The notes beneath the pieces were generated by a model. That model was not told the DNA's origin, made no database searches, and saw only the letters and a list, made by a program, of their open reading frames with translations. From assembly GCF_037042905.1 (NCBI RefSeq), contig NC_087245.1:434001-498000 (forward strand): a DNA stretch of 64,000 bases. The letters are read 5' to 3'. How positions within the stretch are numbered: position 1 is the stretch's first letter; each line of letters begins with the position of its first letter. The DNA comes from Lytechinus pictus (lineage: Eukaryota). Positions 26,801 to 37,660 of the stretch are shown here, in pieces. A program made the translations under genes and the position numbers.

Positions 26801-29679
26801 TCTTTGATTACTAATGCAGGACACAACCGATCAATCTCATTTTTTCCCAGGAGTTGACTAATGAGTGTTAAAGACCACCTAGCAAATATTACATCTAAAA
26901 ATAATTCCGTTCAGAAGTTACAGCATTATGATTTAGTGCATCCCATCGAAGATTACAATCTGATAATACTAAAATAACATGTGATTTTCGAGGTATGGAG
27001 TTGATACCTAAAGGTATTTCATAAAGGATCTTGACCTGCAATTCTTATTATGAAATATACAAAAAAAAATCACTAAGATTGAGCAAAAGTCTGTTCGCAT
27101 TAAAACATTTTGAAACATTTTATTTTGTAGTTCTTCATTAATATGTTGTAGTCAACATTTTCCAAACCAGACTGTGAATAACTGAGAATCATCAGCATGC
27201 ATTATATATTGAAAAACATGGGAAGATTGGGTCAGATTAGTAATGTAAATTAAAAATAGTAGCGGACAGAGAATGGATCCCTGTGGCATTCCACGTGAAA
27301 TACTGCCGAAATCAGAAGATTTTTTTTTAACATAGTAAATTGCAATCGAGTTTCTAGGTAGCTTCTAAAAAATTGAAAAGAGTATCACACGTATCCCGTA
27401 TATCGAAGGCTTTTGAAAAATCCATAAAAATTCCAATACAAAATTTATTGTTTTCAATTGCCATTGTCACACTTTGTCCTGCAAATTAATTAAAACATGT
27501 GTGGGTGAATGGTTACGTCTGAATCCAAATAATCTGAAAGTATTTTATGTTTTGAAAGGAAATCATCATGATCTATCAATCATGGTTTATTTCGTATAAG
27601 AACAATACATGCTATATACACAGCAAAAAGGCTGAAATTAGCATGTTTGCAATAAAATGTTCACAAGCCATACATACATGTAAAGGTAAAAGCAATAATT
27701 ACAATTTAAATAGGTACATTAAGGATTTGTGATGTACAAAGATAATAATTAATTTTTATAGAGCAAGTGTGTACATAAAAAATCCTTAAATATAATAAGA
27801 TAGAATGGAAAAAATGTAAATACAATATAAAATAGTGATGAATATTAGACAATTAAAAATTCAAATAGTAATTGGATTGAAATGGAGACTAAAATGATGG
27901 CAAAATTTTTAGATGATTTCAAGGCTATGAAAGTAGAATTTCTTCAGAATTCAGTAAATCAATTAAATATGGTGTTGCTCTTTTTCTAAAACGATCCGTT
28001 TTGCATTTTAACTGAGCAAAGTTTGGAACACTTCTTGATGAAATTGAGACATTTTTCCTTTTTCGTAGCCAGTTTTACAGTGAGGGTTTTTAAAAAGAGA
28101 TTTAGCAAACTCCATACACATATTTTTTCGTCTTCTTTCTAGACATTCTAATCCACATTTTGTAAGAGAATTTTCATAGTCTATATAATCTGAACCAAGA
28201 ATTATTTTGCAAACTCTTTTTATTTTGTATTTTTTCCAAGTCCTTTACTTGGACACGATTATAAACACATTTTTCTAATAATTTTTATATACATGGCAAC
28301 AAAGATAGAGGTCGGTAGTATTGAAATAAATGACAATCATCTTTTTAAAGGCAGGGATAATATTTGCTATTTTAATTTTGCTATGAAATTTACCAGTCGA
28401 TGGTGATTGCGTTGAATATAATATAGAAGTCAAGGGTTTAGCAATAGCATAACTAATCTTAACACATGCATTACATCTATGAACGCGTATTTTAAAAAGA
28501 CCTGCAAATTTGAATTAGTCCACTCTCAGTGGTAGACTTGACGAACAATGAGGTAGAATTTGGTTTTATCTAAAAGGGGAATTGACATTTTATTGAGGTA
28601 TGTTATCTAAATTACAGCACGAGATAAAAAAAACTATTGAATTCATTTGAAATATTTTGTTCATTAATCATTTTGCCATTTTCTTTTGTAAAGTACAAAT
28701 GTAAAGCAATGTAGGTTTAGATTTATTTGAAGTTTATTATTTTTTTCCATGCGCCTCTAATGTCATAATTTAGATCTCCAAACTGTGCATAAAAATATTT
28801 TTTGTGCGGTTCTTAAAAATGCATTCACTTTATTTCTGTAATTTTTTATACTTCTGTTCATTAACAAGACTAGTTATCTATTATTCAAAAACTTTTTATA
28901 TGATCTCTTTTTCTTCTTAATGCGTAGCAAGTCTTCAGTCATCCAGGGCCTGCTAATATTTGTTCTTTTCATGCCACTTGACACCAAGGCCGAGTAAACG
29001 TTTGTAATGCAATGATGTTAAAATGATATAAATAGATCATACATTTGCTCTGCATCATGCTGTTTATGCAAAAAAAGACCGATACATATCATATAAATCC
29101 CTTACTAATAATCTGATATTCCATTTGTAATTTGTCTATTGGAAGAGTTAAAATATTTCAATTCAAACCATGTCTTTACAACCTTGACCTTTACCTTTTC
29201 AAGTTGAGGCCTATAATTATGTAATTTGTGTATGTTATGTTTTTTTTTAATTATTTTTTTATTACGGAAATAAAACAAACCAATAAACAAAGATTTATAT
29301 AAGAGATCAAAGCACAACCGACCGGGACAACTCGATGGGATGGAGGGGGGGGGGGGGGGCTAAAGTGAAGTTTAGCCTCTATATATTTTGTGTTCAGTAT
29401 TGGTTTAAACAGGGCTATAAGATAATTAAACTAGTTGAAGGAGTATGAAACTAACCTCTTGCTAAGTTGTATCAGACGTCCAAACCTATCCTTTCCAGGG
29501 AACAATGCTAAAAGACCATCGAAAGGATAAGGAATGGCCGGTGGTCCAGGAGGAAGACGGTAATAGAATGAGATCAAGCAGTTGGTGCGGATATACCAGA
29601 ATATAAGAAGACATAAAGAGATGGTGGTGAGTAGATTTCCCATACCGATGTACATGATAGCGTCCAGAATAGAAGACAT
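14636..29679 (-). CDS. CYP2-like: Cytochrome P450, clan 2 (CYP2-like), complete spliced gene: join(29679-29456, 21554-21403, 21069-20675, 20294-20046, 16027-15700, 14814-14636), 508 aa
   Basis: Hand-spliced exon lengths 224+152+395+249+328+179 = 1527 nt in one open frame, with GT/AG at every junction. Motifs: N-terminal anchor, LPPGP hinge, WQELRR (WxxxR), [15 protein letters not shown] (I helix), EVLR (ExxR), PERF, FGAGRRVCLGEQLA (heme Cys). Subfamily cannot be assigned by eye. Confidence 0.95.
15023..15404. mobile_element. Kolobok-like MITE in CYP intron 5
   Basis: TTAA|AGGTATTGTTTAAC ... GTTAACCAATCACT|TTAA; imperfect TIR with TTAA on both sides. Confidence 0.7.
15700..16027 (-). CDS. CYP2-like: CYP2-like exon 5 (K helix, PERF)
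   Basis: Acceptor GACAG|; VMSEIDRVVG...MPYVDATITEVLR...FNPERFL...FGA(G); donor AG|GTAAT. Confidence 0.95.
16072..17223. mobile_element. TTAA-flanked foldback element built of 53-bp tandem repeats (direct array, then inverted array)
   Basis: TIR AAGTGCACCCAGAAGTTCAGATAA / TTATCAGAACATCTTGGTGGCACTT with TTAA both sides; unit AGATGACAAGATCTTGGGTCTCGTCATGTCTACATCTTTTAGAAGAGAT(T/G)ATC at 16544, 16597, 16650 onward; orientation flips near 16935. Confidence 0.85.
16359..16528. mobile_element. Small GC-rich palindromic MITE inserted in one 53-bp repeat
   Basis: Perfect 18-bp inverted repeat CCTCTTGTCGAGGCCCTG / CAGGGCCTCGACAAGAGG; flanking GTGTGATA duplicated (16351-16358, 16529-16536); TAG...CTA ends. 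Confidence 0.85.
17602..18368. mobile_element. piggyBac-type MITE, copy 1
   Basis: TTAA|CCCT...AGGG|TTAA; internal sequence shared with 51583-52145. Confidence 0.85.
18375..18660. repeat. 107-bp tandem repeat (about 2.7 units)
   Basis: GTGCCATCGACTTGTA...TATGTCAACCTTACGTCAAATTGACCCCGCCCCCCGTATATCCTG repeated; two identical-start ORFs 107 bp apart (18441, 18548). Confidence 0.9.
20046..20294 (-). CDS. CYP2-like: CYP2-like exon 4 (H and I helices)
   Basis: Acceptor TTTATTTAG|; NFINAEVREH...RDIIDMYL...DLFFAGTETTSSSLLW...PDVQNK; donor AAG|GTGAA. Confidence 0.95.
20675..21069 (-). CDS. CYP2-like: CYP2-like exon 3 (C to G helices)
   Basis: Acceptor TTTTTCTGATTAG|; [39 protein letters not shown]...AVSNIICSITFGRR; donor AAG|GTAAG. 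Confidence 0.95.
21403..21554 (-). CDS. CYP2-like: CYP2-like exon 2 (absent from the ORF track)
   Basis: Acceptor TTGCAG|; translates (R)YGDIVCLQLGSRILTMISSPGLVKELLVKQADATSNRRPPPFFSHIIDYT(G); donor AG|GTATC; phases 2/1 match the neighbouring exons. Confidence 0.92.
22364..22946. mobile_element. Kolobok-like (TTAA) MITE, family A, in CYP intron 1
   Basis: TTAA|AGGATAAGTCCACCCCA ... TGGGGTGGACTTGACCT|TTAA; inverted arms about 150 bp. Confidence 0.88.
22980..24175 (-). mobile_element. Helentron/DINE-1-like non-autonomous element (family H-A), copy 1
   Basis: Minus strand starts T-run + GTCTCGCCTGCA + short inverted copy (GCGAGAC), ends TGCAGGCGAGAC...CACTTGTT; central ~163-bp tandem repeats; no TSD, A/T-run flanks; two more copies in the window. 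Confidence 0.8.
23309..23476 (-). mobile_element. SINE with 7SL/Alu-domain-like head, B box, 3' hairpin and (CA)n tail
   Basis: Minus strand CTGGGCGTTGTGGCGTGCGCCTGTAATCCAAGCTGTGGGGAAG...GGTTCGAGCCC...AAATACACACAC; TSD TTGATT (23303-23308, 23477-23482); empty site in the paralogous host copy near 54050. Confidence 0.8.
26224..26531. mobile_element. Possible CACTA/EnSpm-type MITE
   Basis: CACTGTTAAAAAA ... TTTTCTAAAAGTG, flanked by TG on both sides. Confidence 0.4.
27585..28260 (-). mobile_element. 3' fragment of a second LINE family inserted into the older LINE
   Basis: KRVCKIILGSDYIDYENSLTKCGLECLERRRKNMCMEFAKS (C-terminal ORF2 block), followed by an AT-rich 3' UTR ending near AATAAA at ~27590. 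Confidence 0.75.
29456..29679 (-). CDS. CYP2-like: CYP2-like exon 1 (membrane anchor, proline-rich hinge)
   Basis: MSSILDAIMYIGMGNLLTTISLCLLIFWYI...RLPPGPPAIP...LIQLSK(R); donor AG|GTTAG, phase 2. Confidence 0.9.
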
Positions 29680-29740
29680 GATGGTTCAGTCACTGCCAGC
29701 ACCTTGTCGTGATGTCAAAAGATTTCTGTGTAAGAAAATT

Positions 29741-29815
29741 TTTGATCGAAACTTGCTGGGTATATAACATTCACAATCACAAAGAAGGTTGTGTAATGTG
29801 ACATCGGACTTTGGT
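29741..29815 (-). promoter_or_regulatory. Probable CYP proximal promoter: TATA-like box plus HNF4/DR1-like site
   Basis: Minus-strand TTATATAC about 80-90 bp upstream of the ATG, and GACCAAAGTCC at about 29806-29816, resembling the HNF4 CAAAGTCCA motif. Both motifs are retained in the adjacent duplicated copy. Confidence 0.45.
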
Positions 29816-30337
29816 CGTCATCAGTTACTTTCCTACACCGATGTACATGATAACATCCAGAATAGAATTAAGCCATGCTTTATTGTAGTGATCATTCAAT
29901 GATGCCTTGACGCGTTCAAAGAATGTCAAACCAAGCACTCTTTGATCAAACGAAACTGTCTGGGTATATAATGATGTGACATCGGACTTTGGACCAATAC
30001 AAATTTTCCCCCATCTAGACAGGTTAGTAGTCTGCAGGCACAGACCCTGATTGGAACTTTGATCAACAAGTGTGCCTCCACGCAAAGACTAGCACATACA
30101 AAACTTAATTGCTGCTCCAAGAGCCTTCAGTACACAAGGCATGAGTAGGCTGGACATTCAGACCCTTAACTCGGGTGAAGGGTTTGCCCAGCAGACTATA
30201 CTGGTTTAGCGCCCGATGCCCGAAGTCGGGGCCATGCAGGGGGGGGGGGGGGGTTCCCTAAAGTCAATATCCCTAGTGTTTTCTATCGCGATGAACAAAT
30301 AAGTGCAAACCTAAAACATATATCGTGGTCGGCTATA

Positions 30338-30470
30338 TATGGGTACCGGTAGGAAGGAAGCTGTGTGCGCTGTGAACGCCTAGCTTAGCCGGGTAATATA
30401 GGAGCGCCTTGAGCACCTAACAAGGTGGATATGTGCGCAATATAAATACCCTATATTATTATTATTATTA
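30338..30470 (+). mobile_element. 5'-truncated SINE (core plus 3' tail)
   Basis: ATGGGTACC core motif shared with the SINE at 37661; tail GCGCCTTGAG...GCGCAATATAAAT followed by (ATT)n. Confidence 0.7.
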
Positions 30471-31448
30471 TACACACGGCATTATGAAGCTGATCAGAGA
30501 AACTAAAGATCATCTCGGAATTGTCCATAACCTTCCTTTACAATTATAGGCCTACAGCGTCCCACAAAAAAAAAACCGAGATTTATCAATGTTAAAAAGT
30601 TAATATACTACCTTAATCGCAAATACAATAGACAAATGACCTATCATTGTAAAGTTTAGAGTCCCCTAGCTCTTTCATTTGAAATAACTTAGATTATTCC
30701 TCATTCATGCATGAGAAAAAAAAATTAAGAAGGAAACCAAAAAGTCACTTGGCGGGCGGTATCTGAGTTTCTATAGGGAAATCACATTTTTACCAAGTTC
30801 AATATCTGCTCTTTAATTTGATACCTCAATTACAGAAAACGTTCAAGAAAACAATTAAAAAAAATTATTTATTTGAAATAAGGATTGATTCAAATAATTT
30901 CATGAAATGAAGATGTTTTACAGGATTGCTTTCAGACTAACTCAACACTCCGTTTTGTTGACGATCAGCCATGCATGCATATAAAGTCTTTTGTTAACCG
31001 TGCGATAGCTTAGGTGGGAAACCGGTGAAAACACGTTTGTTTCATAAAATTATGGAAACAGAAGCATTGTTTCGAGTAATAATAACTTTGTTATTTCTTG
31101 ACCATTTTCTGCGACTTAGCTATCAAATTAAAGAGCAGATATTGAACTTTATAGGAATATGATTTTCCTTTCGAAATTTTGATACCCCCGCCAAATGACT
31201 TTTTTTCTATCCTTTCTTCAAATTGTTTTTACTCACTCGTGCGTGGATGAAAAATCTTGTATGTTATACCAGCTCAAAGAGGAGATTCTAAGCTTTACAA
31301 TGATAGGTCAATTGTTTATTGTACTTGTTATTAAGTTATGAACCCGGGGGGGGGGGGCTTCCATTGACGAGTGGATACCATGCGCGACCATGGGGTCTCG
31401 AAAAGCACGCTAAACACGTATTTTCTATATTCTGAAAATGCACCCCTT

Positions 31449-34400
31449 TAGTATCCCGTAATTAGTAACCAACTGGAATAAAATTATTGGAAATGGTTTT
31501 TTGACTGATTTGAGTAGGTATGGGTGTCAACATTTACCAAAAAAAAGTTAGGAGGAATACGGGTTGGGGAAAGTGCTTTTTTTCAAGGTCAAAGGTCAAT
31601 GACCTTTTTAAATATACTGTATCATGGTATCTCCCAGATAAAATATTACAGGTTGGTGATCATGGTGTCAAAATGCACAGATTCTTACAAGAAGATCAAA
31701 TAAAATAAAATCAAGTACCTACAATGCTCATTCACCCATGAAATTCAAGGTCAAAGCCTTTCAAAGTTCAATGACCTTTTTTACATTATATACCATATAC
31801 GGTATAATGGTATCTCTGAGATGAAAAGGTGCAGGTTGGTGATCTTGGTGTCAAAATGCAGAGGTTCTTACAGAAAGATCAAATATACCGTAATCAAATC
31901 AAGTACCTACAATGCTCATTCACCAATGAAATTCAAGGTCAAAGCCTTTCAAAGCTCAATGACCTTTTTTTACATTGTATACCATATACGGTATAATGGT
32001 ATCTCTGAGATGAAAAGGTGCAGGTTGGTGATCTTGGTGTCAAAATGCAGAGGTTCTTACAGGAAGATCAAATTAAATAGAATTAAGTACCCAGAATGCA
32101 CATTAAACAATAAAATTCAAGGTCAAAGCCTTTCAAAGGTCAATGACCTTTTTTTACATTATGTATCGTACTGTATAATAGTATCTCTGAGATGAAACGG
32201 CACAGGTTGGTGATCGTTGTATCAAAATGCCCAGATTCTTACAGGAAGGTCAAATAAGATAAAGTAATTAATCACCTAGAATGCATATTAATCCATAAAG
32301 TTCAAGGTCAAAGGTCAATAACTTTTTTACATAGGCTATATATCATATAAAGGTATCTCTGAGATAAAACGCTGCATGTGGGTGATTTTGATGTCAAAAA
32401 GCAATTTTTGCAAGAAGATAAAAAAGACTCAAAATAATCATACAGAATAATCCAATATCCAAAGTCAAAGGTCAAAAGTTGATAGATATTTATATATCCA
32501 TGCATGATTCCCCCCAAAAAAGAAATTAATCCATTATATTCACATTTTATTTGTAAATAATAGAAAGAAAGATAACTATTTGTAATGAAAACATTGGAAA
32601 TCTATTAAATAATTTCATTCTGAAATAAGGATAAAAAATGGCCATGGAAAATATATTTAGGAGTTAAAGGTCAACCAACTATGTCAATAACGTCAGGGAA
32701 TTTAAGTAAATAGGTCGATATAACGTGATTGTGGCATGTAGGTATAGTGATTCTGATGGAAAAAAGACTGACCCGCGTGGAAAAAGAACACACATTTAAT
32801 AGTTGAATCCTTGACCAATTATGATGTCCAAATACAAGTCCGAGGTAAAATTGGATCAAATAGCACTTTTTCTTATAATATACTGTAATGGATTGACAAA
32901 AGTGTAAAAAAATAATGTGTGATATAATTTGAAATGGTGACAATGGTGAAGTTACCTAAAGTAGTAGCATTTAGATATGCATTTTATAAATCTAAATCAA
33001 GGTACTAATTTCTCTGTAGCAATAGGTCACTAACCTCAAATGCTACAATCAATACTATAAAACTATAACTTAATCTGTAAATGGAAAGGATAGGCCTAAC
33101 TCTTAGGGCAAGCATCATCCGATAACATTTTCATATAGCCAGGGACAATGACGAAGAATTAAAACAAGGCAATTATTAGAGCTGCAGCTAATTTGTCATA
33201 GATGAAGTTAAGTGTCTCAACTTCAGCAAAGAGTAATTGAACTCTTGAAAACCTTCTGACATTTTCAAGACTTTTATCTGGCCCATTCAATGAAAGCCTT
33301 ACGTTCTGTCAAGGGATATCAGACCAGGATCTATATTATGACTGATATGTTGCACAGCTTGATTCTCAAGAACTGGAAGTGGTGCTGTAGCACTTTTGTT
33401 AGGTCGATGGATGTGTACTTGTAAGCTATTATCTCCTTTTGAATTTCATTGTTATATGCCTAATTTGTGCATGATAGCAATCAGTTGTTCTGGACCAAAA
33501 ACATGATCCTTGTACAAACTAATATCTAGTAGAAATAGCATCATGGGTGACGTACGGCAGAGAGCAGATATGAAGTTTTCTCCTGCAACATTAGCATAAG
33601 ATATTCTGGCAGTTCGCAATGAACTGATGAAAGGTAATGAATAATAATACGGGAATTCACCTTTGTTGAAGTTGATATATATGTAATTTACTACATGTAT
33701 GACAGAAGCTGCAGCTCTAATGATGGCCTTCATTTCATCATCATCATCATCCCTCTGCTGTTTGGAAATGCTCTCAGATGATGCTAGCTGTGACATGAGG
33801 GTTAGACCTATCCTATCCATTTTCAAAAGATTAAGCTAATAGTTTATAGTATTTATTATAGAATTGAGGTGAGTGGCCTATCGCTGGAGAGAAAAGACAT
33901 GACAACCTTGATTTAGATATAATGATGCATTAAATGCTGCTACTTAAAATAAAAATCATTTCAAATTATATACTTGATTTTATTTATTTTTTCAGTGCTT
34001 TTGGCAATGCATCGCAGTATATGAAAAAGTGTTATTTGGTTATCAACAATTTTTTAATTTCCACTGATATTTTGGAAAGGGCTCATTGACATCTGACCCC
34101 TAAATACTGTACATTCTCCATGGCCTTCATTATTTCAGACCGAAATTATGAAACCTCCATGTTTTCATTACAAATTAGCCATGGTTATTTACGTTATTCA
34201 GAAATAAAATATGAACACAAACATTTTTTTTTTTGGTTATTTTTATGTCATATAGATTATATATTTCCTCTGATGTAGGATTTCAAGGGTGAAAGTTTAT
34301 TCTTTATACTTATTTTAGTGTTGTTTAATTGTCTTGTACAAGTCTTTGCATTTTGGCACCAAGATCACCAACCTGCGGTGTTTTATCTCAGAGATACCAT

Positions 34401-35109
34401 TATTATTATCTAATGTTAAAAAGGACATTGACCTTTGTCCTTGAATTTTATGGGTGAATGTGCATTCTCGATGCTTAATTTTATCTTATCTTCCTGTAAG
34501 AATATGTGTGTTTTGACACCAAGAACACCAACCTGCCAACCTGCGCCGTTTTATCTTAGAGATACAATTATATAATGTGGTATATATATGTAGTATAAAA
34601 GGTCATTGACTTTTGGCCTTAGATTTTACGCGTGAATGTGAATTCTAGGTACTTAATTTTATTATATTTGATCTTCTGGTAAGAATCTGTGCATTTTGAC
34701 ACCATGATCACCAACCTGTGCTTTTTCAGCTCAGAGATACCATTATACAGTATGGTATATAATGTAAATAGGTAATTGACCTTTTGAAAGGCTTTGACCT
34801 TGAATTTTATAGGTAAATGTGCATTCTAGGTAATTAATTTTATTCTATTTGATATTCTGGTAAGAATTTGTGCATTTTGACACCATTATCACCAACCTGT
34901 GCCTTTCCATCTCAGAGATACCATTATACAGTATATACAAAAAGGTCATTGACCTTTGACCTTGAAAAAAAGCACTTTCCCCAACCCGTATTCCTCCTAA
35001 CTTTTTTTTGGTAAATGTTGACACCCATACCTACTCAAATCAGTCAAAAAACCATTTCCAATAATTTTATTCCAGATTGGCTCTTTTGTGGTCTAATTTA
35101 GGGATACTA
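31449..35109. mobile_element. Academ-type foldback element (3.66 kb) with ~1.4-1.7 kb inverted arms and a decayed transposase remnant
   Basis: TAGTATCCC / GGGATACTA ends, 3-bp TSD CTT; near-identical outer arm sequence; ~180-190 bp subterminal tandem repeats; central minus-strand remnants AIIRAAASVI, FGPEQLIAIMHKLG and ISLDRT*GFH*MG resemble recalled Academ transposase motifs. Confidence 0.75.
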
Positions 35110-35278
35110 CTTAACAAGTATTGGCGTGTGAAACCCTACCCTTAACAAGTATTAGAAACAAAACGATACTCTTGACAAGAATTCCCTGAATTGGACCCCT
35201 AAACAAGTAATTGTTATGTCACGGACGTTGGTCGTCGGTTTTACCTTTACCTACATTATTGGGTTTAGTAGTACGGCA

Positions 35279-36913
35279 TGTTACAACCGATAATGTCGCA
35301 GCAACGCATAATGTCACACCAACGCATAATAGCGCAGATTGCGACATTATGCCAAGAGCGTGTCGTAGCTTTTCTACTAACGCATAACGTCGCAAGTCTT
35401 AAGGCATAATGTCGCAGCTGTATTCGCTTCAGGACTCGAGTGAAATATAAGACATAAAATATTTTTTCACTGATTAAAGTATGCAAGGTCTGTTGGTGGG
35501 GCAGGTGTGGATGCAGGGGAGGGGCCGGGTGAGTATCGAATTCATTGTCAGGAGAAGGGGGTGGACTTTGAAAAATTGTAATGTGTGGACTCGTGAAACG
35601 CAAGTATACGCATACCACCTATCATCTGTGCATATCGCTGTTCATGCGATTTAACTTATTTTACAAGAGAGTAAAGTCATCTAACTGAAAATTAAATCCA
35701 AATTTAATTACATTTCATTGTTGTTCACGACATTCTAATAAAGAAATTATAGCTTGTATTGTTACTAGGAATGTGCCATCAATATATTAAAATTTTAGCG
35801 CGCGATTCTCGCTCGTATATCTTATACTGCCAAAAACTGCTCAGAATGTTCATTGCTTTGGTCTATAATGCATCAAATATCCAAAAAGTTGGGCTCGCGC
35901 TCTCATTATCTATTTATGCAATGTGAAATAGCCTAATTGTTTGTAAGAATAAAGCTAATTAAGTGTACTTAAAACTTTAGTCTTTAGTTGGGACTGTTCC
36001 CTCTATAAACCAACAGCAAAAAATTACTTTTAGCGGCCGATCGGGGAAACATGAATGAAAACATTCTGCGCCCCACCCCCTTTTGGCGAAATCCCGCTTT
36101 ATATACTGTATTAGAAACACGTACTATGTCATGTGTGCTCTGCCCCTGGACTCCAGCAGGGACCCAGAAGTTGGATCCAGCGCTTCACATTCCATTTTGT
36201 GAAACATGCAAAATAAATTTTATTCCCCCTCTATATCCCTTTTCCTCTGCCACCCACCAGTTTTAAAATCATGGTGCCGCCACTACTCGAGGGCTCTCGT
36301 TATTTAGAAAAGAAACGAAAATAGGTTGTCAATGCATCTAAAACATTGCAATACCCGGTTTTTCTTTTTAAAGAAATAAATACGCATATTTTTTTTCTGT
36401 GAGGAGGGGATGTGAAAAACGAATCTTAAGTGATATTGAATGATTTCGTGCATATTTTATTAATTTTTGTAAAACTCTTCAGTAAGAAAGAATGGTTTTC
36501 ACTTTTTTCCGGGGATGGGCATTAATTTTGCCCATCCCGCTACGTACCAACGTGTTCTTAATTTATCACGTGCTCCCCTCTCCCCCGGGGGAAATTGGTT
36601 TAAAATTATTGTTCATACCGTACACTCCGAGTTACAATACATAATATAATTTCTTTCTAAAATGTAATGAACAACGATAAAAGCAGATGACAGGGCTTGA
36701 AAAAATTACTTAGTGAAAACATATTTTATCTGCAAACCGATTCCTGAATAAAATACCGATGCGACATTATATGCGTTAAGACTTGCGACGTTATGCGTTA
36801 GTAATTTAAGCTACGACATTATGCGTTGACTGTGACATTATGCCAAAATCATCCAACGCATAATGTCACAATCAACGCATAATGTCGCAATTACGACATT
36901 ATCGGTTGTAACA
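35279..36913. mobile_element. Ginger-like (TGT...ACA) non-autonomous element
   Basis: 20-bp TIR TGTTACAACCGATAATGTCG / CGACATTATCGGTTGTAACA; subterminal ACGCATAATGTC repeats; flanks CGGCA / CGGCC. Confidence 0.75.
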
Positions 36914-37660
36914 CGGCCCACCTCCCACACCTCGCGCAAATCGTACTCTTAACGCGCAGTGTTGACTGTTGGGGCAAAAAGTACATCCTTTATAAAACAT
37001 TTTAGTCCTAATTTTTTATACCCTCGCAAATCTGACCCTAAACACGTAGCTTTCCTATAGCGAAATAGATACCCTTTTTTCATTATTTTAGTGCTTTTGA
37101 CACCCTTATTACGTTACGTACGTAACGTGCCCTATCTTGAAAAAGACATCCTTTTTTACCGAGTGTTTTTTTGGTCGCGCATGGTATCCACTCGTCAATG
37201 TAAGTGCCCCCCCCCCCCGGGGTTATGATAAATCGTCGCTAAACCTCGGTTTCTTTCTTTTTTGTGGGACGCACTGTATAGGCTTACTGTTTTATTCATT
37301 ACTAACCATAAGCAGTCAAAATGAAAACCATCACAGTATGATAAATATCATAAATCTTCATTCTGTAATTTCGACCCTTGGTAGTGACAGATGTCTATAT
37401 ATGGACAGATTATTCTACTCCCCACGTAAAACTTCGGTTATGGAGCTAAAATGATTCATGTTTTTGAGATCACTGATAAAATTTAATATATTGCAAAGGT
37501 GTATGATAAAAAAAAATGGAGGAAATCTTTTGCCCATACACGCCCCTGATGGAGTACATACTTCTAGAAGACATCAAAAACTGTATCTCTTGAATCCTTC
37601 AAAAAAATCTTCTTCTAATAATAAAAATGATAATTATGATGATGATTATTATTATTATGT

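Larger units (their letters stand above)
24300..29100 (-). mobile_element. Old fragmented CR1/L2-group LINE ORF2 in CYP intron 1, split by later insertions
   Basis: Collinear decayed motifs on the minus strand: RPWMTEDLL (~28950), GMPQGSILCPLLF...MHADD (~27190-27295), KKVSKLIGIMRK (~24735), SYLSYCVVVWGN...LQKYALR (~24570-24660). Confidence 0.8.
31343..37221. mobile_element. Unclassified TIR element with CCCGGG(G)n ends and 8-bp TSD
   Basis: TIR CCCGGGGG...CATTGACGAGTGGATACCATGCGCGACCA mirrored at ~37171-37221; TSD GTTATGAA / GTTATGAT. Confidence 0.85.
30555..37276. mobile_element. Tc1/mariner-type foldback MITE hosting a 5.9-kb nested insertion
   Basis: TA|CAGCGTCCCACAAAAA...ACCGAG and CTCGGTT...TTTTGTGGGACGCACTG|TA; arms ~30620-30860 versus ~31090-31335. 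Confidence 0.8.

Noticed and set aside
29825..30085. 86-aa ORF as a second CYP gene
   Set aside because: Only about 12 C-terminal residues match exon 1; it is a duplicated fragment followed by a stop.
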